Positions 22,701-34,400 of a DNA stretch of 57,650 bases are shown in pieces (position 1 is the first letter of the stretch; each line of letters opens with the position of its first letter). The notes under the pieces were generated by a model that saw only the letters and a list, made by a program, of their open reading frames with translations, did not search any database and was not told where the DNA came from. Source of the DNA: Octopus bimaculoides. Taxonomy: Eukaryota. The stretch is taken from assembly GCF_001194135.2 (NCBI RefSeq), contig NC_068987.1, positions 57,127,607 to 57,185,256 on the forward strand. Direction: 5' to 3'. The position numbers were made by a program, and so were the translations under genes.

Positions 22701-25700
22701 CGGGGCATCATTCTAGGAATATCTCATTTAGTATTCTTGTGATTTCCTCCCCGGTCCCCGTCTTCATTTCCCTCCATATGGCCAACCGCCCCGGCCTGCA
22801 GTCGACCATCAAGAGGTATGTCCCCTGCCGATAGTGCGTCACATCCACTGCCAGTTGTCTCCAGTTGTGTTCCACTGGAATGCTTCCTGCCTCATGCATG
22901 CCCAGAGCGGGGTCAATGGACTGGCACCTGTCGCAGCTCCCAACTACTCTTTGCACACTCTGCCTGGTCACATCAGAGTCAACTTTCCCGGTTAGGAACA
23001 GAGTCCTGTCCCCCTCCATGTGAGGCATGGTATGTAATCTCCTCAGCTCCGAGTCACTCAGTCGACACACCGCAGCCACTCCTTGCTCCAGATCCTCTCA
23101 CACCTGCAACCAGGTTTTCTTTACTCTGGTCAGGACGTCCGTACTATTCCTCTCTGAGGGCAGAAAAACCACACTCAGCCTCAAGTCAAACTCGGCAGCT
23201 AGCTCGTCCAGGATTCCCAGATGGCATTTTATCAGCATCACTACACCCTCTGCTCGCCTGTGATCACTGATCCCACCCATCTAAGTACAGTAACCGAATC
23301 AGTCCGGATCTTGATGGTATGCAGCCCCCACCTCAGGGCCAGGTTCAGCCCTTTCAGCATGGCATCCAGCTCTGCCATGTTGATGTGGTTGCAGTCGTCC
23401 TTCTTCCTAAGCCAGGTCACATCCTCCACCATGATACTTCCAATTTCCAAGACAACTCCCGTTGCTATGCTGCTGGCATCACACCACATGATCCCCTTCT
23501 TCAATTTGGGCACATATTAGTTCCCTCTTACTGGATCCTCCGTAGTCACCCTCTCCGAGACTTCTTGCATCATGGCGGTTGCTTTCTCGCCCATGTTATC
23601 ACTCCTCTCCTTCAGCTCGCCTCTTGATGAAGCAGCATGCTGTCTGGAGCCATCCTGCAATCAGGTAGTGTCCCAGTAGCTTCCCACACACAGAAAACGG
23701 TTCCCGCCTACTTGTCTTTGAGCCCAGTTCTGGGATCTCATTCCCTCTCCGAAACACCAACGTGCCTGCCTTGTCTCTCTGTAGCTTGAGTCCCAGTTTA
23801 GCTCCTTCCATTGCCTCCAGTGGTTTGGCAGTTAGCCCAAAACTCTTCAGGTGGCTTATGACCTCCTTTGCCGACACTATGCTTTCATTCACCAGGATGT
23901 TATTGAATTGTGAATTGGTGGCTCTTTTTACTTTGTTGGCCTTTCCCTGCAGTAACGACAACAGTAGTTTATATGTTTTACTTAAGTTTTTATCACATTT
24001 ATTTTTCTCAGTCTCTTTGTCAAATTATTCTCATTAAAACATGCTAAAAAAAACAAATTACAACTTTTTGTTTCAGCGCAGAGTCCTGGCTGATACAGCA
24101 AACTGTTCCAGCAAGTTGCCCAAGTTAACACCAAAGCTAACAAAAAGAAAAAACAGCCCAAATGAGGTAATTAAAACAGTTAATTATTTACCTAAATCTA
24201 ATAATGAGATAAGTTTTATATTTTATTGTTTTTTAATCAACTGTTATTTTACTAAGAGCATATCAGAATGCTGAATATTTTCTAAACCTCTGCTCATTAT
24301 ATCAGTAAACAAAAATGTTTTAGATCTTAACAAACCTTTCCAAAATTTTAATTATCTATAATATCTAGCAATAGTAGCAATAGTACTAGTAATAGTAGTA
24401 TTTACTGAAACAGTTTTATATAATGGCTGTATGTATTTTTTTGGGTTAGTTACATCCATCGTGTTTTTTTCTTTGTTGTTGAGAACCCAGGACTCACATT
24501 GTCCAGTATGCTCTAATCTAAGTTGAGATGTGATTTGAGGGAAATTTGGTTGCTGTTTCTAGCAAATTGACAGTCATCAGAACATAGGGCAAAATACCTT
24601 TTCATACTTGTTCCTTCTCTTAGAGTTTCAATTCTACTGAGCTCAACTTTAACTTTAGTCCTTGAGGGTCCACACAGACACCTCATCACTACTCTTTTAT
24701 CTCTTCCCTGTTCCACCCCTATCACCCTCCATCCTCTCATCTAAAAACATGAATAATCATGTGAAGTAATGTGGCTTAGTGGTTAAGGTATTCAGCTCAC
24801 AGTTGTGAGTTCAATTCCTAGTGGCATGTTGTATCCTTAATTTCACATTGCTCTACTCCTCTGAACCTAGTACAAATGCACAGTAGCTGTAATTTAAAAG
24901 GGCCATCCTTGTCATATTTTGTGCCACACTGAATCTCCTTGACAACAATATTAAGGGTACATGTGTCTGTGGAGTGCCGATGTTAATTTCACAAGCAGGC
25001 TGATCCATTAATCAGATCACCTGGAACCCTTGTTATTGTAGCTATGGAGTGCCTGTCATATAATCCCTCTACAACAAGAGACCTGTTCTGCTCTGGCCTC
25101 TTCTCTTATACTTTTACCCTTTATCTCATAGCATAAAGCTTCTCCCTCTGGACTTATAGTTTTGCAAGCTGCATGGCGACCCCACTAGTGTTGGTGGTTT
25201 GAAAAATGCACCCAGTACACTTTGTAAAGTGGCATTGAGAAGAGCATCATGCTATAGAAACCATGCCAAAGCAGTCTTTGGACTTATTGGATCCTGTCAA
25301 ACAGTTTAACCCATGCCTGCATGGAATATGGACATAAAATGATGATGACTATGATGATAATTTTAGTGTTAGTAAAATAAAATACATTCATGTCTTAATC
25401 ATCATCATCGTTTAACGTCCGCTTTCCATGCTAGCATGGGTTGGACGATTTGACTGAGGACTGGTGAAACTGGATGGCAACACCAGCCTCCAATCTGATT
25501 TGGCAGAGTTTCTACAGCTGGATGCCCTTCCTAACGCCAACCACTCAGAGAGTCATAAAAAAAAGCATAGATGATATGGTCTTGCACTATGACAAACAGC
25601 ATTATTGCTATCTTTTAAACTCTGCTGAGCTCAACTTTGTCTTTCATCCTTTTAGGGTCAATAAAATAAAGTAGAGCCTTAAAAAAAGAGCATGTGGGAT

Positions 25701-26267
25701 AACATTGTCTTACATACACTGCTTGGAAAAAAAAATGTGTTTGTCATAGGTTGTATACCTTTGATCATAGGTTCCGTATACCTTTGTTTATTGGGCTGAC
25801 TCGGGAGTGAGAGAATGTCTTAACCCTTTTGTTACCAACCTGGCTGAAACCGGCTCTGGCTCTGTAGTACAAATGTCTTGTTTTCATAAGTTTTGAATCA
25901 AAATCTTCCACCAAACCTTAGTCACAATTTATGTTCCTAACACTAGCTGAATGATAACTAAGTTATTTTACTAAATTCTTTGTAATATTTAAAGTAATTG
26001 AAAGAAACATAGAGCATCTCAAAATAAATACAGTAACGAAAGGGTTAATCACCAATTTTTTAAAACTCGTATTAGTTTAGAAAATTTATCAAAAGATGTA
26101 GGCATGGCTGTGTGGTGAGAAGTTTACTTACTATTCGCATGGTTTTGGGTTCAGTCCCATTGCATGGCACCTTGGGCAAGCATCTTCTACAACAGCACTA
26201 GGCCAACTAAAGCCTTGTGAGTGAATTTGGTAGACATAAACTGAAAGAAACTTGTCATATATGTGCA

Positions 26268-26309
<42 letters not shown>

Positions 26310-26678
26310 ATATATATATATGATGCAAGCAGGGCTCAAGAGACATTTAAGGAAAAATGTAAAGACTGAGAAGGTGAATGACAAGGACCTTATTGTGTGC
26401 ACAGTCTGTGACAGACCATGTCTGTCCTTGGCTGGCCTCAAATCTCACCTGCGAACCCATGGAAAACAAACCTCATCCAGCTATTCTGATTATATGTCTG
26501 TGCACACGTTTGAATGTGGTGTGTGCCAGAGGGTTTGCAAATCCAATGGGGGTCTTAANNNNNNNNNNNNNNNNNNNNNNNNNNNNNNNNNNNNNNNNNN
26601 NNNNNNNNNNNNNNNNNNNNNNNNNNNNNNNNNNNNNNNNNNNNNNNNNNNNNNNNNNNNNNNNNNNNNNNNNNNNNN

Positions 26679-26730
<52 letters not shown>

Positions 26731-28447
26731 CATACTGTTACCTTGCTTTGTCATCACATGATAGCTGTAAACAAGTTTCACCATCACACAGGTAGTTTCC
26801 TTCATTTCCAATCTTCCATAAAAACATGACTGGTTGCAAGGAAATATTACCTTACTTGGAAATGGTTGAGGCTTGGTGATAGGAAGGCCATCTGACTGTA
26901 GAAAATCTTCTTCAGCAAATTCTGTCTGATTTATGCAAGCGTGGAGAAGTGGTTGTTAAAATGATGATGATTCTTAGAAGTAAACGATAAACGTTTCATT
27001 GAATATTTCTCTTTGACTAGACTGAACCAGTTAAAAAGATGAGGTTTGAAAAGCCCGTCTCTAAGATCAGAACTAATCTGACATCCAGTTCCCGTTTAGC
27101 AAGTTCTCGAAGTATTCCAGGTTACAATCCAAGGCGAGGTAAGTTTGCTTTCTTTAGATGCAGTAAGCTTTCAAAGTATCATTATTAACCCTTTAGCATT
27201 TAATCAGGCCATATCCAGATCAAATATTCTACCATTTTCTATGTTTAAACTGACCAGATTCAACCAATCACACCTACTCTACAATGTTATTCTAAGAACA
27301 TACAAACACACCATTGAAATCGCAAAGCGACAAGATAATGTATGGTTTATTCAAAACAAAAAGTAGATAAATAAGTATTACATCTGACAAAGCAACCTGA
27401 ATGCTAAAGGGTTAATGTTTCTCATTGTTTAAAAAAATTCTTTAATTATTAATTTTTAAATATAAAAAAAAAATCTTTTGTGTCATTCATAAAAATTATT
27501 TTTTTATACAGTTACAATTTATTTTATAAATGTAATTTTGTTTTGTTATGCAGTGGTGTATCTGTATGGTTAAAAAGTTTGTTTTGCAATCTCTTAGTTT
27601 CCGGTTCAGTCCCATCGCTCGACATCATGGGCAAATGTGTTCTTTTATAGCTCTATGCCAACCAATGTCTTCTGAGTGAATCTGGAAGACAAAAACCATT
27701 GTGTGGAAGCCAGTACACACACGTGTTAAAACTTGTTTTTATGTTATAAAAATACAATCTTACAGAATACAAATTTATTATTCTTCAACAAGAATAATAT
27801 TGACAGGAACTTCAAAGTTTCAGCCAGCTAAGCAATCATTGGACTGTAGTACATTTTGAGTTCATCTTGGCTTTATTTAGTCTAAGCTAAAAATTTTTAG
27901 GGTAAGCTGATATTGTTGAATGATAATTAGGATGTAGGGTAAGTTATGATGGAGGGGTGTTGTAGGAAATTTTTATTCATTAAATTTGGGATTGTGTTAT
28001 TAAGAATTTATTCATCTATGTAGAATTTTTGTTATCAGGTTTGTCTATTTAGGTATGTCAGCATGGCTGCAGTCCAATGACTGAAACAAATGAGCTAAAA
28101 GATGTGTGTGTGTGTGTATATATATATATAGCCTGGTGCAGCCATCTGGTTTCACGAGTCCTCAGTCAAATCGTCCAACCCATGCTAGCATGGAAAGCGG
28201 ACGTTAAACGACGACGACGACATATATATAAACATAATTAAGGGATCAGCTTCACGACATACCGAAGTTCAGAAATAACAGCTAAAGTGCTAAAACTCCA
28301 ACAGATAGCAGTACTTACTGATTCCTTAATTATGTTTATAAATTTATAATAACTTTTAAATAAGTTCTTCACCAATAATGGTGTTTACATACCGAAGTGC
28401 TTGGTAAAAATTATTAATAGATTAATATTCCTTTACCCGTTTATTTG

Positions 28448-28489
<42 letters not shown>

Positions 28490-31400
28490 GATTTGGGTCC
28501 CATGCTTGTAGTTAGAAATATATTATTTTACATTTTGGCTAAAATTGCAATGTATTTATAATGATTTTGTTCCGTTGGACTCTAATTTAGCATAGCAGTC
28601 AAATATTACAAAAGTAAAATTTATTGTATTTTGTTGTGTCTAGAAACTATGCCTGCACGTGGAAATGCTATTATGAATAGTACCGTTGCTAAAACAGATA
28701 AAGGTGTTGCTGCAGTTCGACCAACTTTGGCTGTCTCTCCTATTGAAGCAAGTAAACAAAGTAGGTTATTGTTTCTTTCTTTTTTTCTTTCTTCTTTTTT
28801 GTTTAACCTCACCACTTAGTATATGGGTAATTAAAGACATAATTATCAGTTGTCACAGCTGTTTTTTTTTTTCCTTTTGGCATCCTATCAGTTTTGTAAG
28901 AGGAAGTGACATGGTTGACAAAAATCACTCCTACCCATTTTTTCTCCTGGTGTGTGTGTCTTGGACACAGACTTTTAAAGCTACTAATACAGAGAATCAC
29001 TGCTTTTCACAAGAACACTGTGATTATAGGGATTTACATCTTTATCCCATTTTAAAGTGCAAACAATATTAAGAAATTCATTCAAGATTTTCAACTCTTG
29101 TCTTTTGAAAGAAGCCTGCAAGATATCATCATCATCATCGTTTAACGTCTGCCTTCCATGCTAGCATGGGTTGGACGATTTGACTGAGGACTGGTGAAAC
29201 CAGATGGCTACACCAGGCTCCAATCTGATTTGGCAGAGTTTCTACAGCTGGATGCCCTTCCTAACACCAACCTTTTACGTGTCACTGGCACGAAGGCCAG
29301 TCAGGCGGTACTGGCAACGGCCACGCTCAAAATGGTGTATTTTATGTGCCACCCGCACAAGAGCCAGTCCAGGGGCACTGGCAACGATCTCACTCGAAAA
29401 TCCTTACACATGTCACGGGCACAAGTGCCAGAAAGGCAACGCTGGGCACAGGTGCCATCACGATTTCGCTTGCCCCAATAAATCTTTGCAAGCTGAGTTT
29501 CGTGTCCAATGAGGGAGACGACGTTGGCATGGGTGCCAGTTGTCGAATTTAACTCGATTTCGATTGCCTCAACAAGTCTTCGTAAGTGGAGTTTAGTGTC
29601 CAATGAAGGAAGGTACGCATAAGTGGACTGGCTGAGGCCTTAGATTTAGGTCTCACTTAAATTAAATTGTTCTTCACTGTTATGTTTATTTTGTTGATTC
29701 TTGCTGGTAAAGATGAAAGGCAGAGTTGGCATGCGACTGATACTTTATTTATTGCAGAGAAGTGAAGCACAGTTTGACCTGCCAAGATTTTAACTTAGAC
29801 TGAGAGAGGGAAGCTAAATGATAGAATATATTTTATTTACTCTGGCATTACTTTCATTGACATCTTTACTGCTTTAGTAGTAGTGATAGACAATTATTAA
29901 TTATTACTCTTCTCTATGTGTTGCCAATGTTTGAGCTTTGTCAGAGAAATTTTGGTAAAATTTGTTATTCTTTGTTATAACCAGCTACTGTTCTTATAGC
30001 TATTGCTATTTTTGGCTGTTGTGGAGGTGCAATGGCCCAGTGGTTAGGGCAGCGGTCTTGCAGTCATAGGATCTTGGTTTCAATTCCCAGACCGGGCGTT
30101 GTGAGTGTTTATTGAGCGAAAACACCTAAAGCTCCACGAGGCTCCGGCAGGGGATGGTGGCGAACCCTGCTATACTCTCCCACCACAACTTTCTCTCACT
30201 CTTACTTCCTGTTTCTGTTGTGCCTGTAATTCAAAGGGTCAGCCTTGTCACACTGTGTCACGCTAAATATCCACGAGTACTACGTTAAGGGTACACGTGT
30301 CTGTGGAGTGCTCAGCCACTTGCACGTTAATTTCACGAGCAGGCTGTTCTGTTGATCGGATCAACTGGAACCCTCGACGTCGTAAGCGACGGAGTGCCAA
30401 CAACAACAACAACTTTCATTGACATCTTTACTGCTTTAGTAGTATTGATAGACAATTATTAATTATTACTCTTCTCTGTTGCCAATGTTTGAGCTTTGTC
30501 AGAGAAATTTTGGTAAAATTTGTTATTCTTTGTTACTGTTCTTATAGCTATTGCTATTTTTGGCTGTTAAAGGTTTTAAGGGAACTATCTGAGATTACAT
30601 CAATTTAGATATTGATTGTTTTTTTTTTCTGTGAATGGAATCTAAATTTTTGGCTGGGTTTCATGTTCCCTCACTATGTTTTGACTTTGCCTTTCATACT
30701 TTTTGGGAACAGGGTGGGGAAGTTTAATAAAATAACAGTAATATATTAGGGGTGCTTTAGTCAGTTATCTTCCCCTGTCATAAAGTGATTTTGAGCTTCA
30801 GGTAAAAATTATGTTGAGACCAAGAAACTAAATTTAATAAGGTTTTTTAAAGTGTTCAATTTTTACTAACTGCATACAGTAAGTTTTTCTTTGTCATGTT
30901 GTGTAATATGTACTTGCTGAATAAGTGAATGGAAGACTTTATCCACTTAACCATCTATAGTGATTCTTTTTACTGGAACCTTCTTTTATAGATATAATGA
31001 CAGTTATATGACTAAATTCTTCATTATTTTCAAACTTTATTGAAACAAAGGCTATGTGTTTCAATGCAAATATGGTAACTCAGCCCTGCATTTCCATATA
31101 ATACCTACTTAGAGGTATATGGATTGTGTCATTTACGTTAAATGCTCTCATTAAGTGCATAACATCTTTGCATCAATGACAGAATAAAAGTTTTCTAGAA
31201 AATTGCATTCTATTTATCTATTCTGATTGTAAATTTCCGTAGAATTACAATATACGGTAATGTCTTGATATAAGAGTTAATTTGTTCCCAGAAAAGTGTT
31301 TTACCTATAAAATTTATAATACTCATAAATAAATGGCAATAAAACAACAGGAGAATGTAAAGAATATTTTATGTAAATTAAAAGGAATGTCAAGATTATT

Positions 31401-34400
31401 TATGATAAAAAGTATTATTATAATCGTTTTCTGAATCACTTTCACTTGCACTAGACTTTGTTTTTCTCCAGTTGTACTGCCATCATGCATTTTTACAGTT
31501 TCATACTTCATTCTCAAAGTGATGGCTTTTCATTTCTTTTTGTTCTTCTCGGTGTCCATTGTACTTTTGTTTAGACATATTGGTTAGGTTTTAAAAAATG
31601 CTGAAAATAATAGTGTAAATACATGTATACAATATAAAATATGTGGCATGAAGAATTAACTTATAATAATCTCTCTCAACAAAGTACATGCACAAACTAA
31701 GGCTGTTTAACCTTTTTGTTATTAAAAAAAAACTCGTAAACCTGGGGCCTCGTAAAGCAGGTCTTCATAAAATGAAGTATTACTGTTGTTGTAATTTCAA
31801 CTTTCTGGGTTTTATTCTTGGTTTACAAGGAATTTCAGATTTGACACTCAACTATATTCATTATACAGAGAGAATTGGCAAACCCAATGTTTCTGTTGAA
31901 TTATACTGATTATATTTCTATTAATTTTGCAAGTAATGAAGAATTTAACAAAATAAATTTGTCATTAAGTTGGTTTCTGGAACATAAGTTAACATGGAAT
32001 TTTGATGGAAGGTTTTAATTTAGCTCACATTTCTATCATGAAACCAAGAGTGGTTGTGGTGGGTTGGTAATCAGAATCGTTTAGGACCATTGTAAGATTG
32101 TTTTGTATCAGTTTCAATCTGAAAGAGTGAAGAGTTTATAGTAATAGTTTGAACCATTTTGTTTTATATTTCTGTGAAATACATTAACTTTTTTTCAATT
32201 ATTATTGAAAATAATGAAGAGTTTTGTAAAATAACTTTGTCTTAATCAAGCTGAAGTTAGGAGCTTCAATTAGCAGAAAATTTTGGTGGAAGGTTTTTAA
32301 TTTAGATTACTCTGAAACAGGAAGTTTGGATCATGGAACAAAGAGCAGTCTCTGGCAGGTTGGTATTAAACAGGTTAAAATCTGGTCAAAATATAAATAG
32401 ATCTATCAATCAGAATAAAGATAGCCATCAGAGCAGAAGTAGACTTTTTATGTTTGCTCACAGATAGCACTATGTTTGGTGTTTTGAATATTTTTTTTTC
32501 CAATTTTTCCTCCATGAAGTTCATTGCAGCTGAACACTTGTGGAGAGAAATGACTAAGTATAATTTGTTTGCAAATTTTAAATTCTGGTGAAAATCAATG
32601 CAAATTTGATTATACATGTTCAGAAGTTAGCTGTAGACAATAGATGAATGACATGTTTCAAATGGGAAGGCATGGTTTTCAATCAACTGATGATATTGAT
32701 GCAATACCGGTATTAGATTAATAGACTGTCTGTTCCTGATAATATCCTCAGTTGTGAAGTATAGTGAATAATTAATCTCTGTAATTTGAGGGATGTATGT
32801 CCTGTAAGCATGGCTGTATTTCTTCGCAACCACATGTTTTCTGGTTCAGTCCTGGCACTGGAGTGTCTGTTATTATAGGCCCAGGCTGGTCAAAGCCTTG
32901 TGAATGGATTTGGTTGATGGAAACTAAAAAGAAGTCCATTATGTGTATAAAAAGCATCCAGTACAGTCTGTAAAGTAATTGGCATTAGGAAGGGCTTCCA
33001 ATTGTAGAAATCATGCCAAAACAAACATTGGAGCTTGGTGTGGCTCCTGACCTTGCCAGCTGCTGTCAAACTGTCCAACCCATGCCAGCATGGAAAACTT
33101 TCTCACTATAAAATGGTGTTTGGATCATAAATAAACATGAAATATAGATAGTTTTAATTTAGAATACTTTAAAACAGGAAGCTTGTATCATAAAACCAGG
33201 GGCTGTCTTGTGCGGGTTGCTATCAAAAGTGTTAAGGAGCAAAAGGCTTCTCTATTTGTTCTTTTTTTTGTGGATGGGGTGATCCAGCCTGGTACTCGTC
33301 AGTTTGAAAACCATGCTAGGATTGCATGGTTTTACAACTGGCATCCCCAACCATCAGGCCATGGAATATTTGGTACCAAACTACACAAAAAGAGTAAATT
33401 TAAAAATTGAATTTATTTTTTATTGACTATTGCAGTGTGTTTTTACACTATATATGGCATGGTTTCTATGGCTGGATGCCCTTCCACTTTATAAGGTGGT
33501 TGCCAACCACCTTATAAAGTTTCTATAGCTGGATGCCAACCACCTAATAAGGTCTACTGGATGCAGCTATGGTATGAGTGGTTTGCACTTTATTGTGTTT
33601 TGTAATGTGCCTGATCCTCTGGTCCATGGAAAAATTATCTTGCATGAAGCCAGTCCATGGTGCAAAAGAAGTCAGAGCCTGCTGATTTATATTAATTTTT
33701 TTTTCCATTTTTTTGTTTGTTTTTGTTTTAAAGAGTTGAAGAAACGACCTGCATGGGACCTGAAGGGTCGTATTCAAGACATGGAAGAGCAGTTAAAAAA
33801 CAAGAATTCATTAGAACAACAATTGTATGAGATGACTAGTCGTATTGATCAACTGGTGAGTCAAAAAGAACATTTGACTGGCACTGTTACTGAGAAGGAA
33901 CAATTTGCCACTAATGTTTCTAAGGAAGTTGAAGATTTAAAGCGTACCTTGCGGTAAGATTTTGCTCTTTTGATTTTTTAGTTTTTTAAATCCTTTAGCA
34001 TTCCCATGATCTGGTAGCCCATTTGATCTCATTACACCCAATATCTTTATAAGTCATTTGAACTAGCCATTCTCAGCCATTTTCTTACTTTTAGTGAAAA
34101 ACAAACAATTTTGAGCTCTACAGTTGCTTGTGTGATGTTTTTCATTCATTTTTTTTTTGTTAGTAAGGAAAGAAAACATGGATTTTGTAAATTTTGACAG
34201 TAATACTTATGTATAACCAAACAAAATATGTTTTCGCCAAAAGCAAGTTACAGTGAATGTTATAGGTGTTATACTTGGTATCTTCTTAATTGAGTGTTAC
34301 CTGTTCAGTCGTGAAGTTGGAGTGGAAGACGTCAGGCAAGCAATAGGAGAAAAATGGTATTGTCTTTGCTTGGAGCCACAAGAAATGTTTGAAACTCATG

